The translations under genes were made by a program, and so were the position numbers. A stretch of DNA of 64,000 bases. Origin: Macrostomum lignano. Taxonomy: Eukaryota. The stretch's first letter is position 1, and every line of letters begins with the position of its first letter. The stretch lies in contig NIVC01001735.1 of assembly GCA_002269645.1 (NCBI GenBank), positions 1 through 64,000 of the forward strand, read 5' to 3'. Shown one piece after another: positions 23,651-35,892 of this stretch. The notes under the pieces were generated by a model. The model ran no database searches. It saw only the letters and a list, made by a program, of their open reading frames with translations, and had not been told where the DNA came from.

Positions 23651-26600
23651 GCACAGCCTGTGCTCACCCGCTACCAACTCTCAGAGCAAGTAGACTTAGT
23701 AGACTCCTACAATCTGAAGGATGTAGATCTAAGCAAGGCTAAACAGCCTCTTTGGCTAGTCAAGGTGCCAAAATATCTTGACGAACTGTGGCGTCGGGCT
23801 CGCGACAAACAGGAAGTTGGTTATTTAGTTACTAGCGACGGCGGCGGCGACAGCGCCGGTTCCAGCAGCGCCGGCGGCACCGGCAAAGGCGTCAGCCTGA
23901 GGCCGTCCGAGGCGGCTCTGGCCATGGCGGAGCGGCCAGACCTTATACCGCGCGATCACTCCTTTATTATTGAACCGTCTGGTGGAGGGCGAAATCAGCA
24001 GACGCTGCTTGTGCTCCAGGTAGGCCATGGCTGTACTGCTAGAGCTGAAAGTTAAGCAGGATTGGTTATGGTTAGTACGCAGTTGAATAATGTCAACCCC
24101 CCTAAGGCAGTCACGGCAATCAACCGTAACACACCATGAGAATCGCCCCCAACACAGCTATGAGAATCGCCCCCAACACAGCCATGAGAATCGCCCCCAA
24201 CACAGCTATGAGAATCGCCCCCAACACAGCCATGAGAATCGCCCCCAACACAGCCATGAGAATCGCCCCTAACACACAAAAGCTGATGCCTATCTGCTCA
24301 CTCAGGAAGAGTTCAGCCGGCGGCCGGGACAGCCAGACGGCCAGCTGGAGTCGAAGGCATCCCTTTACGGCACTGTTAAACGCCGTGTGGAATGCCGGCC
24401 GCAGAATCCGGCCGCTCATATGCGCTTGAAGCGGCACCAGATGGAGCAGAATCGCAGCTCTAAGTTTCAGGCTTCTCAGCTAGAAACGCGGGTAGGAAAT
24501 TGGAGTAATAAATATAAGCTCGTAAAAACAGTACGCTCGTTGTCGTCTGTCCACAGAAAACTTAATTAGATAGATAAAATACACGAGATACGTAGATGGG
24601 ATAGATGGGTACGGATACGTTTGCATAACAAAATATAGGGCACAGACAGAGGACAGATAAAAAGACACGTAGCTTGATAACGGGAAATAGGTAGGTAGAA
24701 ATTTAAAGAAGGGTCTGAATAATATACATCCAGACACAGAGGAAAGATAGGCAGACACAGAGGTATACATCCAGACACAGAGATAGACATCCAGACACAG
24801 AGATAGACATCCAGACACAGATAGACATCCAGACACAGATAGGCAGATACAGTGAGTAGACAGGCAGACACAGAGATAGACATGCACAGTTGATATGGAC
24901 CACAGACACAGAGAGATAGACAAGCAGACAGAGATAGGCATCCAGACACAAGAGATAGACATACGCAGTTGATATGGACCACAGACACAGAGATAGACAT
25001 ACGCAGTTGATATGGACCACAGACACAGAGAGATAGACAAGCAGACAGAGATAGGCATCCAGACACAAGAGATAGACATACGCAGTTGATATGGACCACA
25101 GACACAGAGATAGACATACGCAGTTGATATGACCACGGACACAGAGATAGACATACGCAGTTGATATGGACCACAGACACAGAGATAGACATACGCAGTT
25201 GATATGGACCACAGACACAGAGATAGACATACGCAGTTGATATGGACCACAGACACAGAGAGATAGACAAGCAGACAGAGATAGGCATCCAGACACAAGA
25301 GATAGACATACGCAGTTGATATGGACCACAGACACAGAGATAGACATACGCAGTTGATATGGACCACAGACACAGAGAGATAGACATACGCAGTTGATAT
25401 GGACCACAGACACAGAGAGATAGACATACGCAGTTGATATGGACCACAGACACAGAGAGATAGACATACGCAGTTGATATGGACCACAGACACAGAGAGA
25501 TAGACATACGCAGTTGATATGGACCACAGACACAGAGATAGACATACGCAGTTGATTTGGACCACAGACACAGAGAGATAGACAAGCAGACAGAGATAGG
25601 CATCCAGACACAAGAGATAGACATACGCAGTTGATATGGACCACAGACACAGAGATAGACATACGCAGTTGATATGGACCACAGACACAGAGAGATAGAC
25701 ATACGCAGTTGATATGGACCACAGACACAGAGAGATAGACATACGCAGTTGATATGGACCACAGACACAGAGAGATAGACATACGCAGTTGATATGGACC
25801 ACAGACACAGAGAGATAGACATACGCAGTTGATATGGACCACAGACACAGAGATAGACATACGCAGTTGATTTGGACCACAGACACAGAGAGATAGACAA
25901 GCAGACAGAGATAGGCATCCAGACACAAGAGATAGACATACGCAGTTGATATGGACCACAGACACAGAGATAGACATACGCAGTTGATATGGACCACAGA
26001 CACAGAGAGATAGACATACGCAGTTGATATGGACCACAGACACAGAGAGATAGACATACGCAGTTGATATGGACCACAGACACAGAGAGATAGACATACG
26101 CAGTTGATATGGACCACAGACACAGAGAGATAGACATACGCAGTTGATATGGACCACAGACACAGAGAGATAGACATACGCAGTTGATATGGACCACAGA
26201 CACAGAGATAGACATACGCAGTTGATATGGACTGCAGACACAGAGAGATAGGCAGACATGTTGGCTGGCAGCTCCAGCTGCTCCACCACCTCCCCTCCCG
26301 ACACCCCCGTTGTCAGGTGCAGCCGCGCAAGCCCATGGAATCTCACGCCGGCATTGACAAAATGAAGCGGATGCGCAAAGATGAAGGCAAGAAGCTGCGC
26401 AACACGCCTGAAGAAGTCCAGGCCAGGCTATTTGTGGCGTTCGAGAAGCACCAGTACTACACCGTGCGAGATCTGGTGGACATCACCAAGCAGCCGCTGC
26501 CATTCCTTAAAGAGATTCTCAAAGAGATTGCCGTGCATAACAATCAGGGACCGCACAAGAATATGTGGGAGCTCAAACCGGAGTACAGGCACTACAAGCG

Positions 26601-26721
26601 GAAGCAGTCTATTGAAGATGCTGACGCTAAAATCGGCGGCGCTGCCGGCAACGCGTCCACATCGATGGACGATGGAGATGGCGATGCCGCTGACGGCACT
26701 GACGATTTGCAAGTGGTCTGA
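23600..26721 (+). CDS. GTF2F2: General transcription factor IIF subunit 2 (TFIIF-beta/RAP30), 3 exons, ~336 aa, N-terminal Q16
   Basis: Exons 23600-24019, 24306-24491, 26317-26721 (1011 nt). Motifs LWLVKVPKYL, RRVECRP...MRLKR, LFVAFEKHQYY..DLVDITKQP..FLKEILKEIA....GPHKNMWELKPEYRHY. Confidence 0.93.
24135..24275. repeat. 24-bp minisatellite in GTF2F2 intron 1
   Basis: (ATGAGAATCGCCCCCAACACAGCY)n, ~6 copies. Confidence 0.9.
24728..26250. repeat. 38-40-bp minisatellite in GTF2F2 intron 2
   Basis: (GACATACGCAGTTGATATGGACCACAGACACAGAGAGATA)n with higher-order blocks. Confidence 0.92.
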
Positions 26722-26789
26722 TTGGGCCTAATTACAATCAGGACTACAGTTATTAGTAATAATTAGCATTTTCACATTATGACCGAAGT

Positions 26790-27050
26790 GGAATTCATCC
26801 AGCAATCCACCCTATGACCGAAGTGGAATCCACCCAGCAATCCGACTCTATGACCGAAGTAGAATCCACCCACCAATCCACCCTATGACCGAAGTGGAAT
26901 CACCCTATGACCGAAGTAGAATCCACCCACCAATCCACCCTATGACCGAAGTGGAATCACCCTATGACCGAAGTGGAATCACCCTATGACCGAGGTGTAA
27001 TCACCCCATGACCGAAGTGGAATCCAGCCGGCAATCCACCCTATGATCTC
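26790..27050. repeat. Degenerate repeat (CTATGACCGAAGTGGAATCCACC...)n in the GTF2F2 3' region
   Basis: Direct reading. Confidence 0.8.
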
Positions 27051-27609
27051 TAACCAACGGCCATATGAAAAGTTGTTAATAGCAGTTGTTGCTTCGAAAA
27101 TTATTGAAACCTAGCAGACACGAAGTTTATCCATAGCACAATTTAATAAGTTATGACTCCCTGCACTCGTGTCTGTTTCTGATCTTTAAGACTAACGGAC
27201 TGAATGTAAAGATCTTAACAGCTTAGCAATTTGCACATTAAAGTGTACTATGAACAGTTTTTGGGTCTTTCAATTATTCTGACTGCAAAGACGCGAAATT
27301 AACTTGTCCAATTTTAGTAACGTACTTAGTACAGCAATTCACAGTATTTAAATATTATATTAATGTACTGTTGTTTGCTTATAGCTACACGTGCACCCAA
27401 CCCGATTGATGTATGCTTTTCATCAAATCAGTACTAGTGGTTAATAGACTCTTATAGTTATCATTGCTCGTATTTGTTTAATATTAATGAAGTAATAGTA
27501 TACATAAATAAACATAGGCGTTTCTTGTTGCTGTTTCATGAAAATTCACACTTTGGTTTTGTGGGATTCACAGTGAGGTTAAGTTCGGACAATTGTCTAA
27601 GATTCATGG

Positions 27610-29690
27610 TGGGTGTGGGATCTGAGTCTAAAGCAGTGTGGGATCTGAGTGTAATACAGTGTGGGATCTGAGTGTAATATAGTGTGGGATCTGAGTGTAA
27701 TATAGTGTGGGATCTGAGTGTAATACAGTGTGGGATCTGAGTGTAATATAGTGTGGGATCTGAGTGTAATACAGTGTGGGATCTGAGTGAAATATAGTGT
27801 GGGATCTGAGTGTAATATAGTGTGGGATCTGAGTGAAATATAGTGTGGGATCTGAGTGTAATACAGTGTGGGATCTGAGTGAAATACAGTGTGGGATCTG
27901 AGTGTAATACAGTGTGGGATCTGAGTGAAATACAGTGTGGGATCTGAGTGTAATACAGTGTGGGATCTGAGTGTAATACAGTGTGGGATCTGAGTGTAAT
28001 ACAGTGTGGGATCTGAGTGTAATATAGTGTGGGATCTGAGTGTAATATAGTGTGGGATCTGAGTGTAATACAGTGTGGGATCTGAGTGTAATATAGTGTG
28101 GGATCTGAGTGTAATACAGTGTGGGATCTGAGTGAAATACAGTGTGGGATCTGAGTGTAATACAGTGTGGGATCTGAGTGAAATACAGTGTGGGATCTGA
28201 GTGTAATACAGTGTGGGATCTGAGTGTAATACAGTGTGGGATCTGAGTGTAATACAGTGTGGGATCTGAGTGTAATACAGTGTGGGATCTGAGTGTAATA
28301 CAGTGTGGGATCTGAGTGAAATACAGTGGGATCTGAGTGAATACAGTGTGGGATCTGAGTGAAATACAGTGTGGGATCTGAGTATAATACAGTGTGGGAT
28401 CTGAGTATAATACAGTGTGGGATCTGAGTGAAATACAGTGTGGGATCTGAGTGAAATACAGTGTGGGATCTGAGTGTAATACAGTGTGGGATCTGAGTGA
28501 AATACAGTGTGGGATCTGAGTGTAATACAGTGTGGGATCTGAGTGAAATACAGTGTGGGATCTGAGTGTAATACAGTGTGGGATCTGAGTGTAATACAGT
28601 GTGGGATCTGAGTGTAATACAGTGTGGGATCTGAGTGTAATATAGTGTGGGATCTGAGTGTAATATAGTGTGGGATCTGAGTGTAATACAGTGTGGGATC
28701 TGAGTGTAATATAGTGTGGGATCTGAGTGTAATACAGTGTGGGATCTGAGTGAAATACAGTGTGGGATCTGAGTGTAATACAGTGTGGGATCTGAGTGAA
28801 ATACAGTGTGGGATCTGAGTGTAATACAGTGTGGGATCTGAGTGTAATACAGTGTGGGATCTGAGTGTAATACAGTGTGGGATCTGAGTGTAATACAGTG
28901 TGGGATCTGAGTGTAATACAGTGTGGGATCTGAGTGAAATACAGTGGGATCTGAGTGAATACAGTGTGGGATCTGAGTGAAATACAGTGTGGGATCTGAG
29001 TATAATACAGTGTGGGATCTGAGTATAATACAGTGTGGGATCTGAGTGAAATACAGTGTGGGATCTGAGTGAAATACAGTGTGGGATCTGAGTGAAATAC
29101 AGTGTGGGATCTGAGTATAATACAGTGTGGGATCTGAGTGAAATACAGTGTGGGATCTGAGTGAAATACAGTGTGGGATCTGAGTGAAATATAGTGTGGG
29201 ATCTGAGTGTAATACAGTGTGGGATCTGAGTGAAATACAGTGTGGGATCTGAGTGAAATACAGTGTGGGATCTGAGTGTAATACAGTGTGGGATCTGAGT
29301 GTAATACAGTGTGGGATCTGAGTGTAATACAGTGTGGGATCTGAGTGTAATATAGTGTGGGATCTGAGTGTAATATAGTGTGGGATCTGAGTGTAATATA
29401 GTGTGGGATCTGAGTGTAATATAGTGTGGGATCTGAGTGTAATACAGTGTGGGATCTGAGTGAAATACAGTGTGGGATCTGAGTATAATACAGTGTGGGA
29501 TCTGAGTGAAATACAGTGTGGGATCTGAGTATAATACAGTGTGGGATCTGAGTGAAATACAGTGTGGGATCTGAGTGTAATACAGTGTGGGATCTGAGTG
29601 AAATACAGTGTGGGATCTGAGTGTAATACAGTGTGGGATCTGAGTGTAATACAGTGTGGGATCTGAGTGAAATACAGTGTGGGATATACA
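27610..29690. repeat. 23-bp minisatellite (GTGTGGGATCTGAGTGTAATACA)n, ~90 copies, between GTF2F2 and PCM1
   Basis: Direct reading; source of the spurious ~700-aa ORFs. Confidence 0.95.
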
Positions 29691-29794
29691 ATTCGCAAGT
29701 AGAATGTACACAACGATGCACAATACAACCAGCTACCCATCAAACAAACCTGCAGCTCATCTCTGAGCTAATTCGCGAAAACAACATCAAAATC

Positions 29795-30417
29795 ATGCTG
29801 CGCTCGGAAACCAAGCGTCGGGAGGCGGCGGTCAACGGCTCCGCCAATTCCGACGTAGACGGCTACGCGTCCGATATTAAAAGCCTGTCGGCCCGGCTGC
29901 AGCAGATCCGGCACTACCTGCGGCAGGCCGCTCAGCTTCGCCGATCTGTCGGCGGCCGGCAGGGCCGCAATCTGGACAGTCTGATGCAGCAGTTGGCCGC
30001 GCAGGAACGGCACTGCTCCGCGGCGCTCGAAGACCGACTCCGACGCCATGCTGGCATTGACATGGCGGCGGATCAACAGTCCGACGGCGAGAGGGACAGC
30101 GAGGACGTCGGAGATCAGGACGACGCTGATGAAGATGGAGACGCAGACGAGGATGTCGAAGTGGAGAGCAAGGGCCGACCGACCATCGAGTCGAAGCTTG
30201 GCCGGCACCCGGACACGGCTGACACTTCCCAGTGCGGCGAAGATGACAGCGAACGGGGCGTTGATGTTGACAGTGGCGAGGAGCTGGAGGCTCTGCGGAA
30301 TCAGCGCGACCTGCTGCGGCGGATGTTGCAGGTAGTTTGTCTGTCTGTCCGTCTCTGTCCGTCTGTGTCTGTCTGTCTGTCCGTCTGTGTCTGTCTGTCT
30401 GTCTGTCTGTCTGTCTG

Positions 30418-30450
<33 letters not shown>

Positions 30451-30475
30451 AGTGTCTGTCTGTCTGTCTGTCTGC

Positions 30476-30508
<33 letters not shown>

Positions 30509-30510
30509 AG

Positions 30511-30541
<31 letters not shown>

Positions 30542-30562
30542 GTCTGTCTGTCTGTCTGTCAG

Positions 30563-30598
<36 letters not shown>

Positions 30599-30600
30599 AG

Positions 30601-30648
<48 letters not shown>

Positions 30649-31495
30649 AGTGTCTGTCTGTCTGTCTGTCTGTCTTAGTGTCTACTTGTCTGTTTATCTG
30701 TCTGTGTCTGTCTGTCTGATGCCCAAACGTCACCCTCCTTTCATCCGTAGCCCGCAGGCAGTCAGCAGCCGCAGCAGCATCGCCAGCTGCCAGCACTTCC
30801 AGCAAGCAATCAGCAAGTCGCCAGTGCCGGCGCACCATCTGAAGACGCCCTGGTCAAGCGCCTAATGGATCTGGAATCGCGCCGAGCCCGCCTAGACCAG
30901 ACCCTAGAGGAGCTGGCCGACTTGCGTGCCGACGCGTCCACAACCAGCACGGAGGTGCAGGCGGCGGCCGGTTCGTTCAGCGCCAGACAGACGGCGGGCG
31001 AAGCCGCCCAGCTGCTGGGAGCCATGGAGACGATGCAGGCCCGCCTGGACCGCCTCCGCTCCGTCCGCGATCGTTTGGAAAGCGTTCGCCAACTGGCTGA
31101 CGACTATCGACGATCGGGGACCTCGCTGTCGACTAACCAGTCTGGCGGCGGCGGCGGCCAGAATGGCGATGACGATGGTGATGGAGGCAACGCGGAAGCT
31201 TCGGCTGCCGAGCGGGAGCTGCGCCAGCTGGTGCTGGAGCGACAGCGCCTGGTGGATCTGCAAACCCAGCTGGAGCTGCTGCACTCTGCCGCTGGTCGAG
31301 ACGCTGCGGCGGCGGCGGCCGCTCTTGCCGCTGCCGAACAAGAAGACAACGACGAGGAGGCCGCGGGCCAGCAAGAGGAAGAAGAAGAGGAACAGGCCGA
31401 TGCTGACGATGACGAAGACGATGAAGACGGCGATGATGACGCTTACAACGATGGCGACTCGGCGACGTTCCCGGCTGGCCTGGAGGCGCGAGAGC

Positions 31496-31535
<40 letters not shown>

Positions 31536-33954
31536 ATCTCAGATTTCAGCGGAGCAGTTGGGATCGGCCGAGTTCGGCGCCGGAGCGGCCCAGATTGCCG
31601 TGTGCCTGCAGCAGTGCTGCGCCTTGCTGTCCGCCCAGCAGCAGCAGCTGCACCGCCTCACGCAGCAGGTGAACGACCTGCAGCAGAGACAGCAGCAACA
31701 GCAGCCGGCTGCATTGTATCAGAGCTATCCCGGATATTGGTGGGGATTCTGGGGCCAGCATCATCCTTATCAGCAGCAGCAGCAGCAGCAGGTGCCGTGC
31801 TGCTCATGCGCTGACACGGCAGCTCAGAGACAGGCGGCCATGTCTACAACTCGAGCCACCATCGGCTCCCAGACTGACCTGGCTCAGCAGTCTGCATTCT
31901 CAGCCGCCGAGTCCGAGACGGACAACTCCGAAGCCCATAGCCAGCAGGGATTCGATCGGCTACGCAGCAGCATCTACTCCGAGGTGGCCGCCGTGATCTC
32001 TCAGAACGAGTCGCGGCCGCACTACCTGATTGAGCTGTTCCGCGAACTGCAGCTGCTGTCTACTGACAGGCTTCGACAGCGGGCTCTGCAGCAGCTGCAG
32101 CGATTGGTGAACGGCTATCTGGCTTCCCGGCCGCCTTGGCTGCGAGATAGCGACGATGGCGACGGCGAGGGCGACTACGATAGAGGCGCCGTAGCTGTAG
32201 TTGTCGACGTCGAACAAACTCCATCGGAAAGCTACGCAACAACGACAACATCGGCGGCCGCAGAGGAGGCGACTGCCGAAGCGCCTTTCGCTCGGGACTC
32301 TCTTGGCGACACTGCTATTAATCTGGACCGGGCGATGCGCCAGGTCCGTCAGCATCAGCAGCAGCAGCGTCAGCACCTTCTATCATCGTCATCTTCGGGC
32401 GGACGGGCCGCCGTCGCTGCCGGAGCTTCGGCCAGCGGTAGAATCGATGCCGAACAATTGGACCGCCAGGTGAAGTCCGTGGTGCGGCATCTTATACCGG
32501 CTCTGCGGGCGCGCGCCCAGGAGGTGGCCACACCGCAACTGCTGAAATGGGTGGCTGATTTGGCTCTGCAACGGGTTAAATTGATCCTGGTGAGTGCGTG
32601 TGCCAGCTGTAACCGTTTCCAGCTCTAGTGCCCCACTTGGTCATTCAGTGCCTCATTTGGTCATTCAGTGCCCCACTTGGTCATTCAGTGCCCCACTTGG
32701 TCATTCAGTGCCCCATTTTGGTCATTCAGTGCCCCACTTGGTCATTCAGTGCCCCACTTGGTCATTCAGTGCCCCACTTGGTCATTCAGTGCCCCACTTG
32801 GTCATCCAGTGCCCCACTTGGTCATCCAGTGCCCCTCTCAATCTTCCAGTGCCTCACTCAATCAACACTTTTCTTAGGATCCTTCCGCCACCGGCGACGA
32901 AGCCGGCAGCAGCGCCGCGTCCACAGCCTCGGCGGCATCGAAGGACAGCGAATTCGATCAGTTCTTTGCCCGCCAGCTGTCCAGCCTGCTGGCCGACTCT
33001 CTGGCCAGATTTCGCGGTCATCGTTTGGCCGACTGCACCGAGGACATGCTGGTGGATCTGAGCGAACTGCTGTTCAACGAATTGGCCTTCTTTAGATTAG
33101 TCAACAATCTGGACATTAGTAACGATGATGTACCGGCCGCTGCCGGCGGCGATACGGACAGCGTAGCCACCGAAGATGTCGCTGCCAACAAAGCTGAAAA
33201 TGAAGACGCCGGTCAAGATGAAGAAGAGCCAGACAATGGAGAAGAAACCGAAGGCGGAGATGAAGAAGAATCGGAAGCTGAAACGGCGTCGGCGAAGGCT
33301 GTGGAAGATTACGCCGACGACTTTGAGGAGGCTGCGACTAGTAGCGACGCGGAGGCGGCGGGCGCTGCTGTTCAGAACCACGAGAAGGAGGTGAGAGTGG
33401 AAGTGCTGAACTATTCTGGTAATGTTACAAGTGGATAGCGGCAACCCATTGGTAAAAGACTGGAGGGTAGCGGCAACCCATTGATAAAGACCGGAGGGTA
33501 GCGACAACCCATTGATAAAGACCGGAGGGTAGCGACAACCCATTGATAAAGACCGGAGGGTAGCGGCAACCCATTGATAAAGACCGGAGGGTAGCGACAA
33601 CCCATTGATAAAGACCGGAGGGTAGCGACAACCCATTGATAAAGACCGGAGGGTAGCGGCAACCCATTGATAAAGACCGGAGGGTAGCGGCAACCCATTG
33701 ATAAAAGACTAGATGGTAGTGGCAACCCATTAATAAAAGAGTGGCAACCCATTGATAAAAATGCAGACCAGTCTTATATAATACTTTAGTACAAACAAAA
33801 TCATTAAACGCTACTACAAGTATTGACATTCGCGTGTTAACAACTTGCATGCGAGGTTTCGCCTAATTCCGCACAAGCCGATGTGAATTCGCGCGAGCAG
33901 CAGTCGAACGGCGAAATTGTCGCCGATGAAGAAGTGAAGGCAGATGACAGCTAA
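29795..33954 (+). CDS. PCM1: Pericentriolar material 1-like centriolar satellite scaffold, 4 exons, ~995 aa
   Basis: Exons 29795-30331, 30751-32589, 32878-33390, ~33856-33954 (2988 nt). PCM1 hallmarks: [74 protein letters not shown]...[25 protein letters not shown]-terminal RLQQIRHYL. Last acceptor uncertain. Confidence 0.88.
30335..30717. repeat. (CTGT)n microsatellite filling PCM1 intron 1
   Basis: Direct reading. Confidence 0.95.
32626..32860. repeat. 20-bp minisatellite (CCCCACTTGGTCATTCAGTG)n in PCM1 intron 2
   Basis: Direct reading. Confidence 0.92.
33435..33760. repeat. 31-bp minisatellite (GATAAAGACCGGAGGGTAGCGGCAACCCATT)n in PCM1 intron 3
   Basis: Direct reading. Confidence 0.92.
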
Positions 33955-34689
33955 TTGTTTTGCTATAAATTGATTTATCAAGCTCTAACCACAATGCCTA
34001 TATAGAAATGTGTAGAAAATGACTCTACTGAGACTGAACTAAGACCTTTTCCTATAGAATCAGTTTTGATAAAGAAGTAAATTGTGTACATTTTTATTCT
34101 GGTTTAGTTCGTCACTGCACCGGGCTTTTTTAATTTTCTTTCGTAAAGCGGAATTCCGTCCTGATTTTTATTAAACATTCATTCAATCTTTCCTTCTCAG
34201 TGTCCTTACACAGTTTTGCCCCATCATTACAAACTCTTTTTTTACTTGTAAACAACTTTCTGGAAGTAGGTCCAAAAAGGGTCTGCTAGTCAGCCTGTGC
34301 CTTCATTCATTCTTATTTAGCCTATAATTTAATAAAATATAGTTAAGTTTTTTAACAGCTCTTTTTCACAGCTGCATCTGTGTTGCGAGATTGCTACATT
34401 CCAATTTTATGGTCACTTTATATTTTATTTACGCTATTTCTGACTGTATATCTATTATATCAACCTATATACATATATAAATATGTTGCAGGTAGTGTTC
34501 TAAGTAACCTTATCTACGAGTAAATAAGTTTTCCCCGACGAGTTCCTTTTTAAATATTCTTCTATGCCACTAAACATATTAAGTTGTTTTTTAAAATATT
34601 TTGTGATGAATTGTGATGGCGTCTTTGAGTAGTTAAAATGTACTCAATGACGCACTACTTTCAGCTTACACCGGCTTCACACACCCATA

Positions 34690-34935
34690 ATTTAATCGAC
34701 TTTCGGATTCAATTACTATACCCAATGTACGCACCACCTCGCCAACTTCTCCTAATGTGCGCACCATCTGGCCAACTCCTGCCCCCAATGTACATACCAT
34801 CTCGCCAACTCCTGCCCCCAATGTGTACGCACCATCTCGCCAACTCCTGCCCCCAATGTGTACGCACCATCTCGCCAACTCCTGCCCCCAATGTACACAG
34901 CAACTCGCCAACTCCTGCCCCCAATGTACACACAA
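34690..34935. repeat. ~38-bp minisatellite (CCATCTCGCCAACTCCTGCCCCCAATGTGTACGCA)n
   Basis: Direct reading. Confidence 0.85.
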
Positions 34936-35469
34936 TACCATCTTGTCAAATTCTACCCTAATATACACAAAGACGAATATCTTAGCGAAAGCCTTTATTC
35001 ACACGATTTACGGTCTTAGTGCACGTTTCCAGATAGAATAGAATTATCAAGTAGATCGGTAAATATTGACTGATGTGTTTCCACCACGTTTTCACACAAA
35101 ATCGATCGAATATTTTGTCTCACAGGGAACTTTTTCAATGAAACTCTTCCTCTGTCATTTTTACGCTTTCTCCAAATTGTCTTGCTTGCACAGCCGATAG
35201 GTGTATCTTGGTAACAAATTGAACAAAAATAATGTGCTTCGCGAGTCGCGACCGATTCTGTTCCCTTTTAATTAAACCGCATCGTTGCACGCTTTATTTA
35301 CCTCGTAAATGTGTAAGAACGTACCAGGTATCTTATTTTTTCTCTATTGAGTGTAGCTTTTTACTAGGTACTTTTGGTTGACTAGCTGCTAGGCACTGCT
35401 AAATCAGGACAGTTAGATGGTTTAAAGGTTTTAGTTAAACAGGTTAGTTAATGAATAAGCATAAAGTTT

Positions 35470-35745
35470 AATTTAGGCCATAGACACTTTATGTCATAGA
35501 CTGTTTAGGTCAAATACTGTTTGGGTTAGGTCATAGACAGTTTAGTTTGTTTAAGCCATAGACAGTTTAGGCTATATACAGTTTAGATCATAGACAGTTT
35601 AGCCCATAGACACTTTATGTCATAGACTGTTTAGGTCAAATACTGTTTAGGTTAGGTCATAGACAGTTTACACCATAGACAGTTTAGGCCATAGACAGTT
35701 TAGGTCATAGACAGCTTAGTTCATAGACAGTTTGGGGCATAGGAA
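35470..35745. repeat. Degenerate ~16-bp array (GTCATAGACAGTTTAG)n upstream of the BRCT-AMZ gene
   Basis: Direct reading; same core as the array at 37700-38480. Confidence 0.85.
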
Positions 35746-35892
35746 TTAAATAGGCATTTGTGCGACAGCACAATCTATACAGCTAAGCACTGTCAGTAAT
35801 TTTTTCATATTTATCGCGTCAATTTTTGATGAAAAGCCGCCGCTCCGCAGCTGGCGCCAGTCGTCGCCACCGTCAAGCGGAGCCATGGGGCC

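Noticed and set aside
24480-26346. 547-565 aa Cys/Val/Ser-rich minus-strand ORFs
   Set aside because: Antisense reading of the GTF2F2 intron 2 array.
27536-29743. Three 697-735 aa minus-strand ORFs
   Set aside because: Translations of the stop-free strand of a 23-bp minisatellite; they occur in all three frames and are antisense to the gene run.
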